Positions 46,901-58,639 of a DNA stretch of 64,000 bases are shown piece after piece; position 1 is the first letter of the stretch; every line of letters begins with the position of its first letter. The stretch is from an uncultured Chloroflexia bacterium (lineage in GTDB: Bacteria > Chloroflexota > Dehalococcoidia > UBA2979): the NCBI GenBank assembly GCA_963728205.1, contig CAVSIV010000002.1, positions 480,001-544,000 of the forward strand, given 5' to 3'. The notes beneath the pieces are model-generated. The model was not told the DNA's origin and made no database searches. It saw nothing but the letters and a program-made list of their open reading frames with translations. The position numbers and the translations under genes are program-made.

Positions 46901-49900
46901 CCGCCTCCGGCGCGCCGACCACCGCGCAGGCGCCCGAGACGTCCAGCGTCGCGCCGACCATGAAGCCGGCGCCGTCCGCGGGGCCGGCGTTCGTGACGTC
47001 GGCGGTGACGGTGACGGTGCTGTTCCCCACGGTCGACGGCGCGGCTCCGCTCGTGACCGCAACCGTCGCGCTCACCTGGCCGTCGGCCGGCAGCACGAAG
47101 GGCATCATGACGAAGTCCTGCTGCGTGTTGTTCGCGAGGTCGGGATCGGGCACGTCCGGCGTCTCGCCGCCGGCCGGCTGCACGTCGGCCGAGACGTCAA
47201 TCTCGTGGGCGCCGCCCCCATCGCAATGCACCTGGAACGTCGCCGTCACGGGCGCGGAGTCGCCGGAGTTCAGCGTGAGGTCCAGCGTCTTCGGGTTCTC
47301 GTCGCTGATGGTGCACCCGGTTCCGACGGCCGGCGTCGCCAAGAGCGTCGCGACGTAGTCGGCTGGACCGTACGGCCCGTGGCTCACGACCGTCGCGTCG
47401 ACCGTGAGCGTGGCGTCCGAGCCGGCCGCGGTCGGGTCTGCCGGCGGCACCAGGGTGAGATCCATGAGCTCGGCGTCGGCCCCCGCGAATGTGATCGTCG
47501 CGCTCGCCGAGGCCTCGTCGTTCGCATGGTTCTCGTCCGGCTGCGCGACGGCGTCGACCGGCGCGACCCCGGCCGCCACCGAGACGTCGTATTCCCCCGG
47601 CGCGTCGCACGCGATCGCGAACTCCCCGTGCACGGGTGCGGACGCGCCGGCGGCAAGCTCGTCGACCGCGATCGTCTGCGTCGCGTCGCCCGACACGGCG
47701 CAGCCGTCTGGAGAGCGCCGGCGTGAGCGTCACCGCGAAGTCGGCGAGGTCGAGCGGCCCGTGGTTCGTCACGGCCGCGTCGACGGTGAGCGTCGCGCTG
47801 CCCGCCGGTGCGCCGAGCACCGGATCCGCCGGTGGCGTGAGCGTGAGGTCGCTCAGCTCGGCGTCGGCCATGTTCGGGTTGGGCGCAATCCGGAAGTCGA
47901 GCGCGAACCCGCCGCCCGCCGCGCCGTCGTAGTCGCCGTCGAGCGCGGCACCGTGGCTGTCGGTCACCCCGGCGCACGCGATCAGCCGGTATGCCGCGTC
48001 GTCCGGCAGCCGCACGCCGCCGTTCGCCCGCAGGCTCACGGTCGCCGCGGCGGCGTCGAACTGCAGGGCGTCGAGCGGGATGGCGAGGTCGTCGCCGGCG
48101 GGTGCGTCGCAGGCGGCGGTCTGCGCCACGCCGTCTGGTCCGTCGTCCACGAGCGCGTAGTTGGCCGGGTCGCTGGCGGTCGTGGCCATCCACTCGCTGA
48201 AGCGCAGCGTGAACTGCGTCAGGAGCTGGTCGCCCGGATAGAGCGAGCCGTCGAAGAGCGCGCCGTCGGGCGCGGCCTCGGTGGTGACGGCGTCGAGCAC
48301 CGTCGGCGGGCCGCTCTCCACGGCGAAGTCGCGGTGGAAGTCGGCACCGCCGGCGATCCCGTTGCCGAAGCCGTCGAGGCGGTGCCCGACCAGGTCCTTG
48401 ATGGCCGGGAGGTCCGGCTGCGTGCCATCCCCATCGCTGGCGCACACGACCAGCCGATAGGTGCCGTCGCGCAGCCCCTCGCCGCCGTTGACCGCGAGCA
48501 GGGCGGTGTGACCGGCGGCGTCATACGCCACCGAGTCGACGGGAATCCCGGCGGGGATGCTCGCGGCATCGGACCGGCAGTCCACATACGGGAGGACGCC
48601 GTCGGGGCCGGCCGCGTAGAGCCGGTAGAGGCCGGGGTTCGTCACGTCGTACGGGTCGGTGTCGCCTGCGGGGTCGGCCACCGGCTCGGAGAAATGGACG
48701 CCCAGCGTCGCGGGTCCGGTGGCAGTCGTCGCGCCCTCGGCCAGGACCCCGCCGCCGCCCCCGGCACCGACGGCGGTTACGGACCGGACCTTCGGCGCCG
48801 TGTCGTCGACCACGATGAAGTCCCGCGTGAAGTCGTCGCCCTGCTGGCCGTCGCCGTTGCCGTCGAGCACGTTGCCCGCGGGATCGGCGACGGACGCGTG
48901 GCCGCTGCAGACGACGAGGCGGTAGGCGCCCTGCGGGAGCGCATCGCCGAGCACCGAGTAGCCGGGGAACTCGACGTTCGCGCCCGCGGCGGCGCCGCCG
49001 ACGCTGGAGTTGAAGACGTGGACGAGCGAGGCGCGGATCGCCGCGTCGTCGCCCTGGACGGGACCGCAGCCGGGCGTCTCGAACGTACCGTCCGCGCCCG
49101 GGGTGAGCAGCTCGTAATTCGCGGGGTTGCTGATGTCGCCCGCCCCGTCGTCGCCCGCGGGGTTCTGCACGGACTTGCTGAACCCGACCACCGCGTGCAC
49201 CGGGTGCTTCGAGTCGGGGACCGTCGCGCCCGGGTCCATGACGTCGACCGACGGGCCGACGCCCTGGATCGCGGCGCCGACGACGCTCGGCGCGGTGTTC
49301 AGCGTCTGGAAGCCGCGCGAGACGTCTCCGCCCGGCAGGCCGTCGCGGTCGCCGTCCAGGGGGTGGCCGGCGAGGTCGATCAGGGCCACGCCGGCGGCAT
49401 CGCCGCTGCAGACCAGGAGCCGGTAGCCGCCCGCCGGGAGCGGCCAGCCGCCGTTGAGGTGCAGCGTCGCCGTGGTCGTCGCGGCGTCGTAGGTCACCGC
49501 GTCGATCGGCACGGCGCTGTCGCCCGCCGCCAGCGGGCCGCATTCGGCCTCCTGCGGAACGTCCGACGACCCTGAGCCGACCACGAGATAGTGCGCGGGA
49601 TTCGTCACGTCCTGCGCATCGGTGTCGCCGTAGCGGTCGAGCATCGGCTCGCTGAACGTGACGTCCAGGGTGGAGGCCGCCCCGATGTACGGGTCGGCGG
49701 GGAAGCCGCTGATCGTGGACGACGCCACGTACGGCGCGACGACGTCTCCGCCGCTGCCGAAGTCGAGCGCGAAGGCGTCACCCGCGGTGCCGTCACCGTC
49801 GCCGTCGAGCGGGTTCCCGGCGGCGTCCTGTGCAGCGCACACGAGGAGCCGGTACACGCCGCTCGGCAGCTGCGCGCCGCCGTTGAGGGCCAGGGTCGCG

Positions 49901-52900
49901 ACCGTGCCGCGCTGCGAGACGGTCACGCCGTCGACGGCGATCGCCACGTCGTCGGACTGCGGTGCGCCGCAGGCGTTGCTCGCGACCGCTCCGTCGGGTC
50001 CCGCCCCGAACAGCGCGTAGCTCGCAGGATTGGTGACGTCGTGCGGCAGGGTGTCGCCGGCCGGGTCGCTCATCGGTTCGCTGAAGCTCACGGCGAGCGA
50101 CGCGACCGGGTGGGTCTCCGGCACGACGTCGCCGTCCGCGATCGCCCCGCGCAGTTCGGACACGCCCGTCACCGCCGGCGGCTGCCAGTTGAGCGCGAAG
50201 TCACGGATGTAGTCGGCGACGCCGGACAGGCCGTTGCCGTAGCCGTCCAGGCGCCGGCCATTGAGATCGGCGATCGCGAACGGGGCGTCGGCCGAGCCGC
50301 ACACGAGCAGACGGTAGCTGCCGTCCGGCAGCGACGCGCCGCCGTTGAGCGACAGCGTCGCGGTCTGCGTGGCGTCGTCGTACGTCACGCCGTCGATCGC
50401 GACCGTGCTCGCCACTTGCTGGGCGCAGGCACCCGCCGGGAAGCCGCCGCCGAAGCCGGCGCCGTAGAGGCGGTACGCCTCCGGGTTCGTCGCGTCCGTC
50501 AGGCCGACATCGCCATCCGGGTCGTTGACGCGCTTGTTGAAGGTGACGCTGATCCGCGAGAGCGGGTCCGTCACGAGCACGTCGCCGCCGGCGCCGCCAT
50601 GGGGATCCACATGGATCGAGCCGGTGACGCCCGCGCCGCCGTAGCTCAACGTCGTCACCACCGGCGGCCCCTGCGTGCCGTCGACGCGGAAGGTCCGCGC
50701 GAAGTCGTCGCCGGGCACGCCGTCGCCGTTGCCGTCGATCGCGGTGCCGTCGGCGTTCACGACGCCGTCGAAGCCGCGCACGAAGAGCCGGTAGGTCTGG
50801 TCCGCGGGCAGCGCGACGCCGCCGTTCAGCGCCAGCGTCGCCGTCGCGGTCGCGGCGTCGTAGATGACGCCGTCGATGGCGATCACCGCGTCGTCGCCGA
50901 TGAACCCGAAGCCGGGCTCGCTGGCGGCGGCGTCGTAGTACGTCTTGAACAGCTGCGTGTAGCCGCTGCTGAACAGCGCCGCATGGTCGTGGCTCGTTTC
51001 GACGTCGATCGACTGCGCAGGGGCGGTCACGCTGCCGGCGCCGATCACGCGGAACGTGTAGGTGCTGCCCGCGTTGAGATTCGCGTGGATCGGCACGATG
51101 TTCCAGCCGGGCGTCAGGGTGATGTCCTGGCTCGCCATCGGCGCGTCTCCGGGCATGACGAAGTTCGGTCCCGGCGCGCCGGCGTACAGCTCGAACGTCG
51201 CGGCGTCGCCCTCCGCGCTGTCGATGTCGAACGCGACCTGCGACAGCCAGCCGGAGTAGCGGGCGTGGAACACCTCGCCGAAGTGCGGCTCGACCACGCC
51301 GATCGACCCCGTGTGCGAGACCAGCTCGGCCTGGCCCGCGACGAGGCACGGCGACGCCGTTGCGCACAGCGCCGTCGAGATCACGCCGTCGTCGCCGGCG
51401 CCGACGAGCACGTAGTTCGCCGGGTTGGTGACGTCGCCGGACGCGGTGTCGCCGTCCGGGTTCCTCATCGGCTCGTCGAACGCGACCCGGAGGTCGGTGA
51501 TCGGCGCGCGCGTGGACGCGCCGTCCTCGACGTTGCCCGCGGACGAGGATCCGACCCCTGTCACGTACGGCGCGGTGGCGCTGATCGAGAAGTCGCGCGT
51601 GAAGTCGTCGCCGCCCACGCCGTCCGCGCTGCCGTCGAGCGCGTTCCCGGCCGTGTCGCGCAACCCGCGTGCACCGCGCGCGATCAGGCGGTAGCCGCCG
51701 CCCGGCAGCGGGTTGCCGCCATTCACGGTGAGCGTGACGCGCTGTGTCGCAGCGTCGTACGTGACGGCGTCGACCGCGATGCGGGCGCCGTCGCCGAGCG
51801 CCCCGAACGGTGCCTGGGCGCCCGGCAGGGCGACCCACGTCTCGAAGAGGAAGTCGAAACCGGGGTTCGCGAGCGTGCGTCCGCCGACATATGTGTGCCC
51901 GTTGTTCCCAACGTCGGGCGCATAGATGTCCCCGCCGGTGACCGTGAACGTGTAGGTGCTGCCCGCCGTGACCGGCAGCGGGGCCGCCAGCACGAGGTCG
52001 TTCCATCCACCGTGCAGCGAGACCGCCTGCGATCGCAGCGCGGGGGTCGTCGCCGGCGCGTACCCGACCGTCGCATCCCCAATGATGCCGTCCTGGAAGA
52101 CCTTGAGGGTGTACGTCCGGTCGGGCTGCGCCCGATTGAGCAGCACCGAGATGGCGGCGAGGCTGCCCGTGCGCCCCGCCGTGAACGACTGGCCGAAGTC
52201 GCCGTCGGCGTGGCCGACGCCGCATCCCTCGAAGTCGGTTTCGGGGCAGTCGGCCACGACCTGCCGCTGATCGCTCGTCGCGCAGGTGGTGCCCATCGGC
52301 GCGCAGCTGGCGGCGTCGACGGTCGTGCCGGGCGAACGCACCAGCAGGTAGTTGCCCGGGTTCGTCACGTCGGAGGCGCCGGCGTCACCCGGGGAATCGA
52401 TCATCGCCTCGCTGAACGTCAGACCGAGCTGAGACACGTGGACGTCCTGCAGCGCGTCGCCGGCGCCGAGCGTGACGGCGCCGGCCGGCCCGGCATAGGA
52501 GACCTCCGTGACCCGCGGCGGGACGGCGTCGACCGTGACCGTGCGGGACGACGTCCACGTGTGCTGATCCGCCGGGCGGATCGCCGCGGTCAGCGCTTCC
52601 TTCACGGTCAGCGTCGCCGCGTACGCGCCGCTCGACCGGTACACGTGATCGACCACGCGATTCAGCGCGTCGGAGTTCGTGGGATCGACGGTCGTCCCGT
52701 CGCCGAAGTCCCACCAGTATTCGAGCTCCTGTCCGCCCGGGTTCGGCACGGTGAACGCCTCGAATCGGACGCCCTGGTTCTGCACGGCCGTGCTCGGCGC
52801 GGCGAAGTCGCCGCTGCCGCCCGGGCGCGGATCGAGCACGACGGGCGAACCCGCGTACGGGTTGAACCCCTGCAGCGTCCACTGCTGGCCCGTCGCCCCG

Positions 52901-54360
52901 TGCTGCATCGTCCGCTGCGTCGCTGGGAGGTCGAGCGTCTCGTCGTCCTCGGGCCCCCACGACTCGCTGATCTCCGGCGACTTCACCGCCGGCGTGACCG
53001 TGTGGCCGGCGACCTTCACCGCGGGCACGACCGTGTACTTCGGAATGTCGAAGCTGAATTCGCCCGCAACCTGGTGGATCGAGCGCTGATTGGAGATGGT
53101 CGTGGTGTTCGTGAAGGTGTTGCCCGGGATCTGGAAGGTCGGGTCTACCGACCAGCCGAAGTTCGGGTCGATGGCCGGCGCGACGAACTCGATGTCCTCG
53201 CCCACCGTGACCGTGATCGTGTCGGAGTTCCCCGTGCTCACCACGTCGTGCGTCGCGTGATCGCGCACCGTGTACTGGAGCGCCTGCGGGAAGCGCAGCG
53301 TCACCTGCATCGGGTCGGGGTGGAGTTCCAGCGACTGCCCCAGGCTGAACTTCAGCCACTCCTTCTCGTCGAGCAGCGTGTACGAGGCGCTGATGTCATG
53401 CGTGGCGACCTCGAAGCCCTTGTTCGACGCGCTCAGCGGGATCTTGTTGCCCACCGCCATCGAGTAGTACTTGTCCAGGTCCAGGCTCAGGTCGATGAAG
53501 TCCTCGCTGGAGCCGAAGTACGAGGACACCCCCGAGTTCGCGTATGAGAGATCCGGGAGGTGGTAGTGGCCGCCGACGCCCGACAGGAACTCGGCGAGGA
53601 ACGGGATCTTCGTATCGGCCTGGTTGTCGATGGTGTAGGGCGGCAGGAGCGATCCGGTGAGGTCGCCCGTGTTCGCGTCGAACGGCGGGATCAGCGGGAG
53701 ATTGAGGGATCGGTTGAACGACGGCAGCAGGCTGTCGAAGTGCTTGCAGTCGAAGATGCAGAACCGGATGTCCGCAGAGACGTCGAGGTCACCGGTCGCC
53801 GTGACGTCGATCTGTCCCTTCGGGAACTCGGGGTCCATCTGCGGCCGGTCGTACGCGCCGAACGTCTCAATGGTGACGGTGTCGCCGGGCACGAACGAGT
53901 CCTTGCGCGGCACGAAGAGCCACGCGTTCGCCGGGAGCCTGACTGAGAGGTTGCCGGTGCCGAAGTCGTGGAAGGTGGCGTTGAACCCGAAGTCGCCGTC
54001 GACGTTGAGGGTCACGTCGGCGCCGAACTTCTCGCCGGCTACGTCGACCACGTGGCCATCCGAGAGTTGCGCATGCACGGAGTTGGGCTCGAGCGGTAGC
54101 TGCATGGTGTCCGGCGTCGCCTCCGTGCCGGGGCCCCACAGACTCTGGTCCTTCGCCTCGAAGGTGGTCTGGTAGTAGTACATGTCGTGCGTGCTCAGGA
54201 GTGACTGGAGCTCGTCCTGAGTGAGCACGCCCGGCGGCGGGTCGGGCGGCCCGTCCGCGGCCGCGCGCAGCATGCGCGGGCCGACCGTCCCGAGAACGAG
54301 TGCGACGGCGAGCAGGGCGATGAGCGCGGGCAGGATGCGTGTGACGAGCGCGCGGAGCAT
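43911..54360 (-). CDS. Giant (~3480 aa) secreted multi-domain surface protein; apparent +1 frameshift at ~47709
   Basis: Signal peptide; unique N-domain; PKD; 8 Ig-like repeats with DxDGDG loops; 3 CARDB/DUF11-like repeats (one spans the junction ...LTPALS/DGCAVSGD...); IPT-like; DxTPP/GWY/SGV repeats; PxKF-like C-terminus (GFEPPL...VPLKF). Confidence 0.85.
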
Positions 54361-54577
54361 GTGGCGTCTCTCGGCCTAGGCGCGCACCGGGGCGGCTTGC
54401 GCTCCGCGAACCTAGCCGAGGGCCCTCGCGACCCGAATCAGCCGAAAGTTAGAACTCGTGAGAGAACCGGTCAGATCATTGGATGACCGGCGGGGCAGGC
54501 GCGCTCCGTCCGGATCGCAGAGCCGCGGCACATGGTGAGGTCGCGAGGGCGGAGGTCCGCCCCCGCGACCGTCCCTG

Positions 54578-56287
54578 CTACGAGTTGATCCAGATGTTGC
54601 GGACGTTCCAGTAGTCGATCGACGTACCCGGCCCGTGCGTTCGGTTCATGATGTCGTTGTAGACGACCGTGTTCGTCCCCACGCCGAAGACGTTGATGAA
54701 CGGCGGTGCCTTCGACGCGATCACCTTCTGCGCGTCGATGTAAGCCGCCTTGCGCTCGGCCTCGTCGAGCGTCGACGCCGCCTTGTCGATCGCCGCGTCC
54801 ACGTCCGGGTCGGAGAACTTCGTGTCGTAGTGCCCGTTGCCCGTGATGCCGCCCGTGTGGAACCACTGCAGCGTCGCGTCGGGCGTCTTGTATGACTGGT
54901 TCAGCGAGAAGCTCGCCTCGAGCTTGCCCTGGAAGTACGCGGCAACCCACGTCCCGGCGTCCTGCGGCTGTGGCTTCGCGGTCACGCCGATCTTCTGCAG
55001 CTGCTGGACCATGATGTTGACGTAGTCGTTCATGTTGCTGCTCGTGGGGTGGTTGAAGGTGATCTCCTTCACCCCCGCGGCATCGAACATCTTCTTCGCG
55101 TCGTCCGGATTGTATGGCTGCGCCGCCTTGAGGGCGTCGCCGCTCAGCGCGTATTCCCCGAACACCGTGTTCACCGAGCCAATCGGCTCGCCCTGGCCCT
55201 TCCCGATGATCTGGATGTACTGGTTGCGGTCCATCGAGAGGTTCATCGCGTTGCGCACGCGCTCGTCGTCCCATGGCTTCGCGTCGACGCGCATCCAGAA
55301 CGAGTCGAAGCCGGTGCTCTTGTCCTCGAGGCGCACCGTGTTCTTCACCGACTTCTCGAGCTGCTTAGCCTCGTCAATGTCGGGCGGCACGTAGATGTCA
55401 ATCTGGCGCGTCGTGAACGCGGTGCGCTCGGTGGCCAGGTCCTGGAACGCCAGGATCGTCTCCTGGTCGAGGTAGGGCTTGCCCTTCTCCCAGTAGTTCG
55501 GGTTGCGAACCATGACCGCGCGCTGGCCCTCGGTCAGCTCCTTGAGCATGAACGGACCGGCGCCGACGGCGTCCTTCTTGAGGTCTGCGCTGGCCAGCCA
55601 CTCCTTGGGCACAATCGCGCCCTGGAGGTTGTCGCCGAGCACCTCGAGCACCCACGCGAACGGCTTCTTCGTGATCACGCGGACGGTCGACGCGTCCGGC
55701 GCGTCGTACTTGTCGACCCAGCGGTTGAAGAACGTGTAGCCGTTCGAGCCCGACTTCGGGTCGGCGATGCGGTCGAACGTCTTCAGGACGTCCTCGGAGT
55801 CCATCGGCCGCTCCGGCACGTCGTGCTGGTTCGGCGCGATCTTCACGTTGTCGCGCAGCTTGAACACCCACGTGAGCTTGTCGGACTGCAGCGCCTGGCT
55901 GGCCGCGAGCAGCTGGATGGTCCCCGCCTCGGGGCGGAAGACTTCCTTGCGCACCAGGTAGGTGTAGACCTGCGGGACGATGCCCGAACCGCCGTACACG
56001 GAGTTGTGCGGGTCGACGCCGGCGAACGGGCCGGTGAATCCGGTGCGATAGTTGCCGCCGGTCTTCGGCGTCTGCGTCGCCGTGGCGGCGGCCGTGGCGC
56101 TCGCTCCGCCGGCGGCGGTGGCCGCCTGCGTGGGCGCCGCCACGGTCGGCGTACCCTTGTTGCTGCTGCCGCAGCCGATCAGTGCCGCGCCGGCCAGGCC
56201 GGCGGCTCCCAGGGCTCCGCCGCGCAGCATCGCACGGCGCGAGGCCCGGCCCCTCAGCGCTCGATTCCAGTAGCCCTGCTCTTCCAC
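54578..56287 (-). CDS. ABC transporter family-5 substrate-binding lipoprotein, Tat-exported
   Basis: SRRAMLRG, LIGC lipobox, T/A-rich linker, GAGPF.L, RNPNYW.KG.PYLD, PW.DERVR.A. Confidence 0.93.
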   Translation of the reverse strand: MEEQGYWNRALRGRASRRAMLRGGALGAAGLAGAALIGCGSSNKGTPTVAAPTQAATAAGGASATAAATATQTPKTGGNYRTGFTGPFAGVDPHNSVYGGSGIVPQVYTYLVRKEVFRPEAGTIQLLAASQALQSDKLTWVFKLRDNVKIAPNQHDVPERPMDSEDVLKTFDRIADPKSGSNGYTFFNRWVDKYDAPDASTVRVITKKPFAWVLEVLGDNLQGAIVPKEWLASADLKKDAVGAGPFMLKELTEGQRAVMVRNPNYWEKGKPYLDQETILAFQDLATERTAFTTRQIDIYVPPDIDEAKQLEKSVKNTVRLEDKSTGFDSFWMRVDAKPWDDERVRNAMNLSMDRNQYIQIIGKGQGEPIGSVNTVFGEYALSGDALKAAQPYNPDDAKKMFDAAGVKEITFNHPTSSNMNDYVNIMVQQLQKIGVTAKPQPQDAGTWVAAYFQGKLEASFSLNQSYKTPDATLQWFHTGGITGNGHYDTKFSDPDVDAAIDKAASTLDEAERKAAYIDAQKVIASKAPPFINVFGVGTNTVVYNDIMNRTHGPGTSIDYWNVRNIWINS

Positions 56288-56562
56288 AGTCCCCTCCGTT
56301 TGCGCCCACGGGCCACGTTCGGCCCGGCGCTGCTTGGGTCACATACCGGCAGTCTGTCCGCGCGGCTCAACCCGTGTGAATGGCGGCAACCTACTACACG
56401 CGTCATCCTTTTTCACCTGTACGCGCACAAGACCACGAGGGGATTCATCGACCCCATCGCACGCCACGTGACAGGTTTGCGAGCGCCTCTGCCGCGCCCA
56501 GCTAGACTCGGCGATATGCGTCGTCCGCCCCGCGGACACGCGAGTGCAGGCAGGGGGACCAG

Positions 56563-57072
56563 ATGGACGTCTTTACCGCGGTGCGCACCGTCCGCGCCGT
56601 GCGCGCGTACGAGGACCGACCGGTGTCGCCCGACGTCGTGCACCGGGTGCTCGAGGCAGCCCACCTCACGGCCAGCAGCCGCAACGGGCAGCCGTGGCAC
56701 TTCATCGTCGTCGAGGGGCGCGACGCGCTCAGCGCCCTCGCCAATCACACGCCGACGGGCGTGTACACGAAGGACGCCGCCTTCGCGGTCGTGGTCGCCG
56801 TCGATCACGACTCGCCCTACGGCGTCTCCGACGCGAGCCGCGCGATTCAGTCGATGGTGCTCGTGGCGTGGGAGCAGGGCGTCGGCTCGAACTGGGTCGG
56901 GTTCAACAACCTCGACAGCCTGAAGGCGATGCTCGGCATCCCTGCCGGCATCGACGTCGTCGCCGTCGTCCCGTTCGGGTACCCGGTCGAGGCGCGCGCG
57001 AAGGGGAAGAAGCAGCGCAAGCCGTTCGGTGAGGTCGTCTACCGCGGTCGGTTCGGCGAACCGTTCGCCTGA
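56563..57072 (+). CDS. Nitroreductase family protein
   Basis: RAVRAY...PV, TASSRNGQPWHF, GVGSNWVG, PFGYP, KQRKP. Confidence 0.92.
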   Translation: MDVFTAVRTVRAVRAYEDRPVSPDVVHRVLEAAHLTASSRNGQPWHFIVVEGRDALSALANHTPTGVYTKDAAFAVVVAVDHDSPYGVSDASRAIQSMVLVAWEQGVGSNWVGFNNLDSLKAMLGIPAGIDVVAVVPFGYPVEARAKGKKQRKPFGEVVYRGRFGEPFA

Positions 57073-57160
57073 CCCGGCGTTCGCTCCCGGCCCCGGGCGT
57101 ACGGCGAGCCGCGGATGGCCCCGCGGCTCGCCTGCGTCCTGAGCCGGTCCCCGTAGTCCT

Positions 57161-57721
57161 CTAGCCGCTGTACGGCCAGGGGATGTCCGCCGACGTCAGC
57201 GGCTGGTCGCTCGTCTCGACCCGCGCGTCGATCACGTGGCCGACCACGACCGTGTGGTCGCCGACGTCGATGAACTGCTCCGCGGTGCAGTCGAGCCACA
57301 TCAACGCGCCGTCGAGGATCGGGCACCCGCGGTCCGTCGTCCGGTAGTCCACCGCGTCGAGCTTCTCGTAGGTGCTCGAGACCAGCGGCTGCCCGCGGCC
57401 CTTCACCTTCGACGCCCGGTGCGGCTGGATGAAGTGTTGCGCGAGCGCCATGCCGGCCCCGTTGGCGCGCGCCAGCAGGTTCACCGTGTACGCGCCGTTC
57501 GCGCGGATGCTGCCGAGGCTGAACGAGTCGTTCTCGAACGAGAGCGCCACGCGGTGCGGGCGGAAGGCGACCTGCATCACCCAGTCCGCGATCATCCCGT
57601 TCGGCTCGCCGTCGCGCGTCGAGCCGACGATGTAGACGCCGTACGGCATCTCCTCGACGGCGCGTGCGATGTCGCCGTGCTCGGCCTTGAGGTCGCTGAG
57701 ATCGAGTTCCGTGGTCATCAT
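57161..57721 (-). CDS. Flavin reductase-like protein
   Basis: PYGVYIVG, NGMIADWVMQVAF.P, GCPIL..A..W.DC, GDHT. Confidence 0.9.
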   Translation of the reverse strand: MMTTELDLSDLKAEHGDIARAVEEMPYGVYIVGSTRDGEPNGMIADWVMQVAFRPHRVALSFENDSFSLGSIRANGAYTVNLLARANGAGMALAQHFIQPHRASKVKGRGQPLVSSTYEKLDAVDYRTTDRGCPILDGALMWLDCTAEQFIDVGDHTVVVGHVIDARVETSDQPLTSADIPWPYSG

Positions 57722-57915
57722 GCCATCTCCTCCACGCCCGGGCTCGCGGGGCCGCCCCCCGGGCTCCCCTCAAGCTTGACGGGCGTGATGGAGACGGACA
57801 GGGCCGATCGGCCCCGTTGCGGGTGGACTATCGCCCGCCCGCTGCGCGTGTGACCACGCAGCGGGCGGGAACGGCAGGGATCGGGCGAGGACGGCTGCGG
57901 CGGTCGCCGCGGTCG

Positions 57916-58518
57916 CTAGCCGCCGCAGTTCTGCGTGACCCAGGCGTCGATGTGCTGCGTCGCCTGCTCGAACTTCGGGTCGTTCAGCGCCTGGAAGGCG
58001 GCCTGCACGGTCGGGTCCGTGGCGACCTTCGTGAAGTCGTAGTTCGCCTTCGCCATCGCCGAGGCGAACTGCGTCCAGAACTGCGCATAGACCTGGAAGT
58101 CCGCCTTGATCTCGGACGGCGCGTTGTTGCTCAGCGCCTGCACGAAGGCGGTCGTCTGCTCGATGCTCGTCTTCATGTCGGTCGGCGTGCCCGACGCCGA
58201 CGCGCTGCCGAGGCCGGTGGCCGCCGCCGCGTTCACGACCATCTTGCCCCAGTCGCCGCAGAAGCCGGCGGCGGCGGACGCACCGGCGCCGGACGACCCG
58301 CCGCCGGCGGCCGTGCCCGACGCTGCCGCCGTCGCGGTCGCGGCCGCCGCGGTCGCGGCCGTCGTCGGCGCGGCGGTCGGCGTCGCCGTCGCCTTGCCGC
58401 CACCGCAGGCGGCGAGCAGCAGCGCCGCGCCGAGTCCGGCGGCGATCAGCGCCGTCGTTGCGTGCGCACCCATGGCCCGGCGCAGCCGGGAGAGCATCGA
58501 GCCGTGCATCGTGGTCAT
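57916..58518 (-). CDS. Hypothetical lipoprotein with A/T-rich linker and helical domain bounded by two Cys
   Basis: LLAAC lipobox, linker, FC...NCGG; start uncertain. Confidence 0.7.
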   Translation of the reverse strand: MTTMHGSMLSRLRRAMGAHATTALIAAGLGAALLLAACGGGKATATPTAAPTTAATAAAATATAAASGTAAGGGSSGAGASAAAGFCGDWGKMVVNAAAATGLGSASASGTPTDMKTSIEQTTAFVQALSNNAPSEIKADFQVYAQFWTQFASAMAKANYDFTKVATDPTVQAAFQALNDPKFEQATQHIDAWVTQNCGG

Positions 58519-58639
58519 CCTCTCGTGAAGCCCGCCCGGACTTCGCATGGTCTGGCATCGTCGCGCCGCGCCCGACGGCCGCGCAGAGGCCAAGGTCCCT
58601 ACGCCGCTCGGGCGCGCCTTCCAGTGTCACACGCCGCGC

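Noticed and set aside
47690-47720. Programmed frameshift or two separate genes in the giant protein
   Set aside because: No slippery sequence or RBS; the break falls inside a repeat whose intact sister copy follows, so a single indel is simpler.
43781-54470. Integrative element inserted at tRNA-Phe
   Set aside because: No integrase gene and no duplicated tRNA 3' end was seen in the window.
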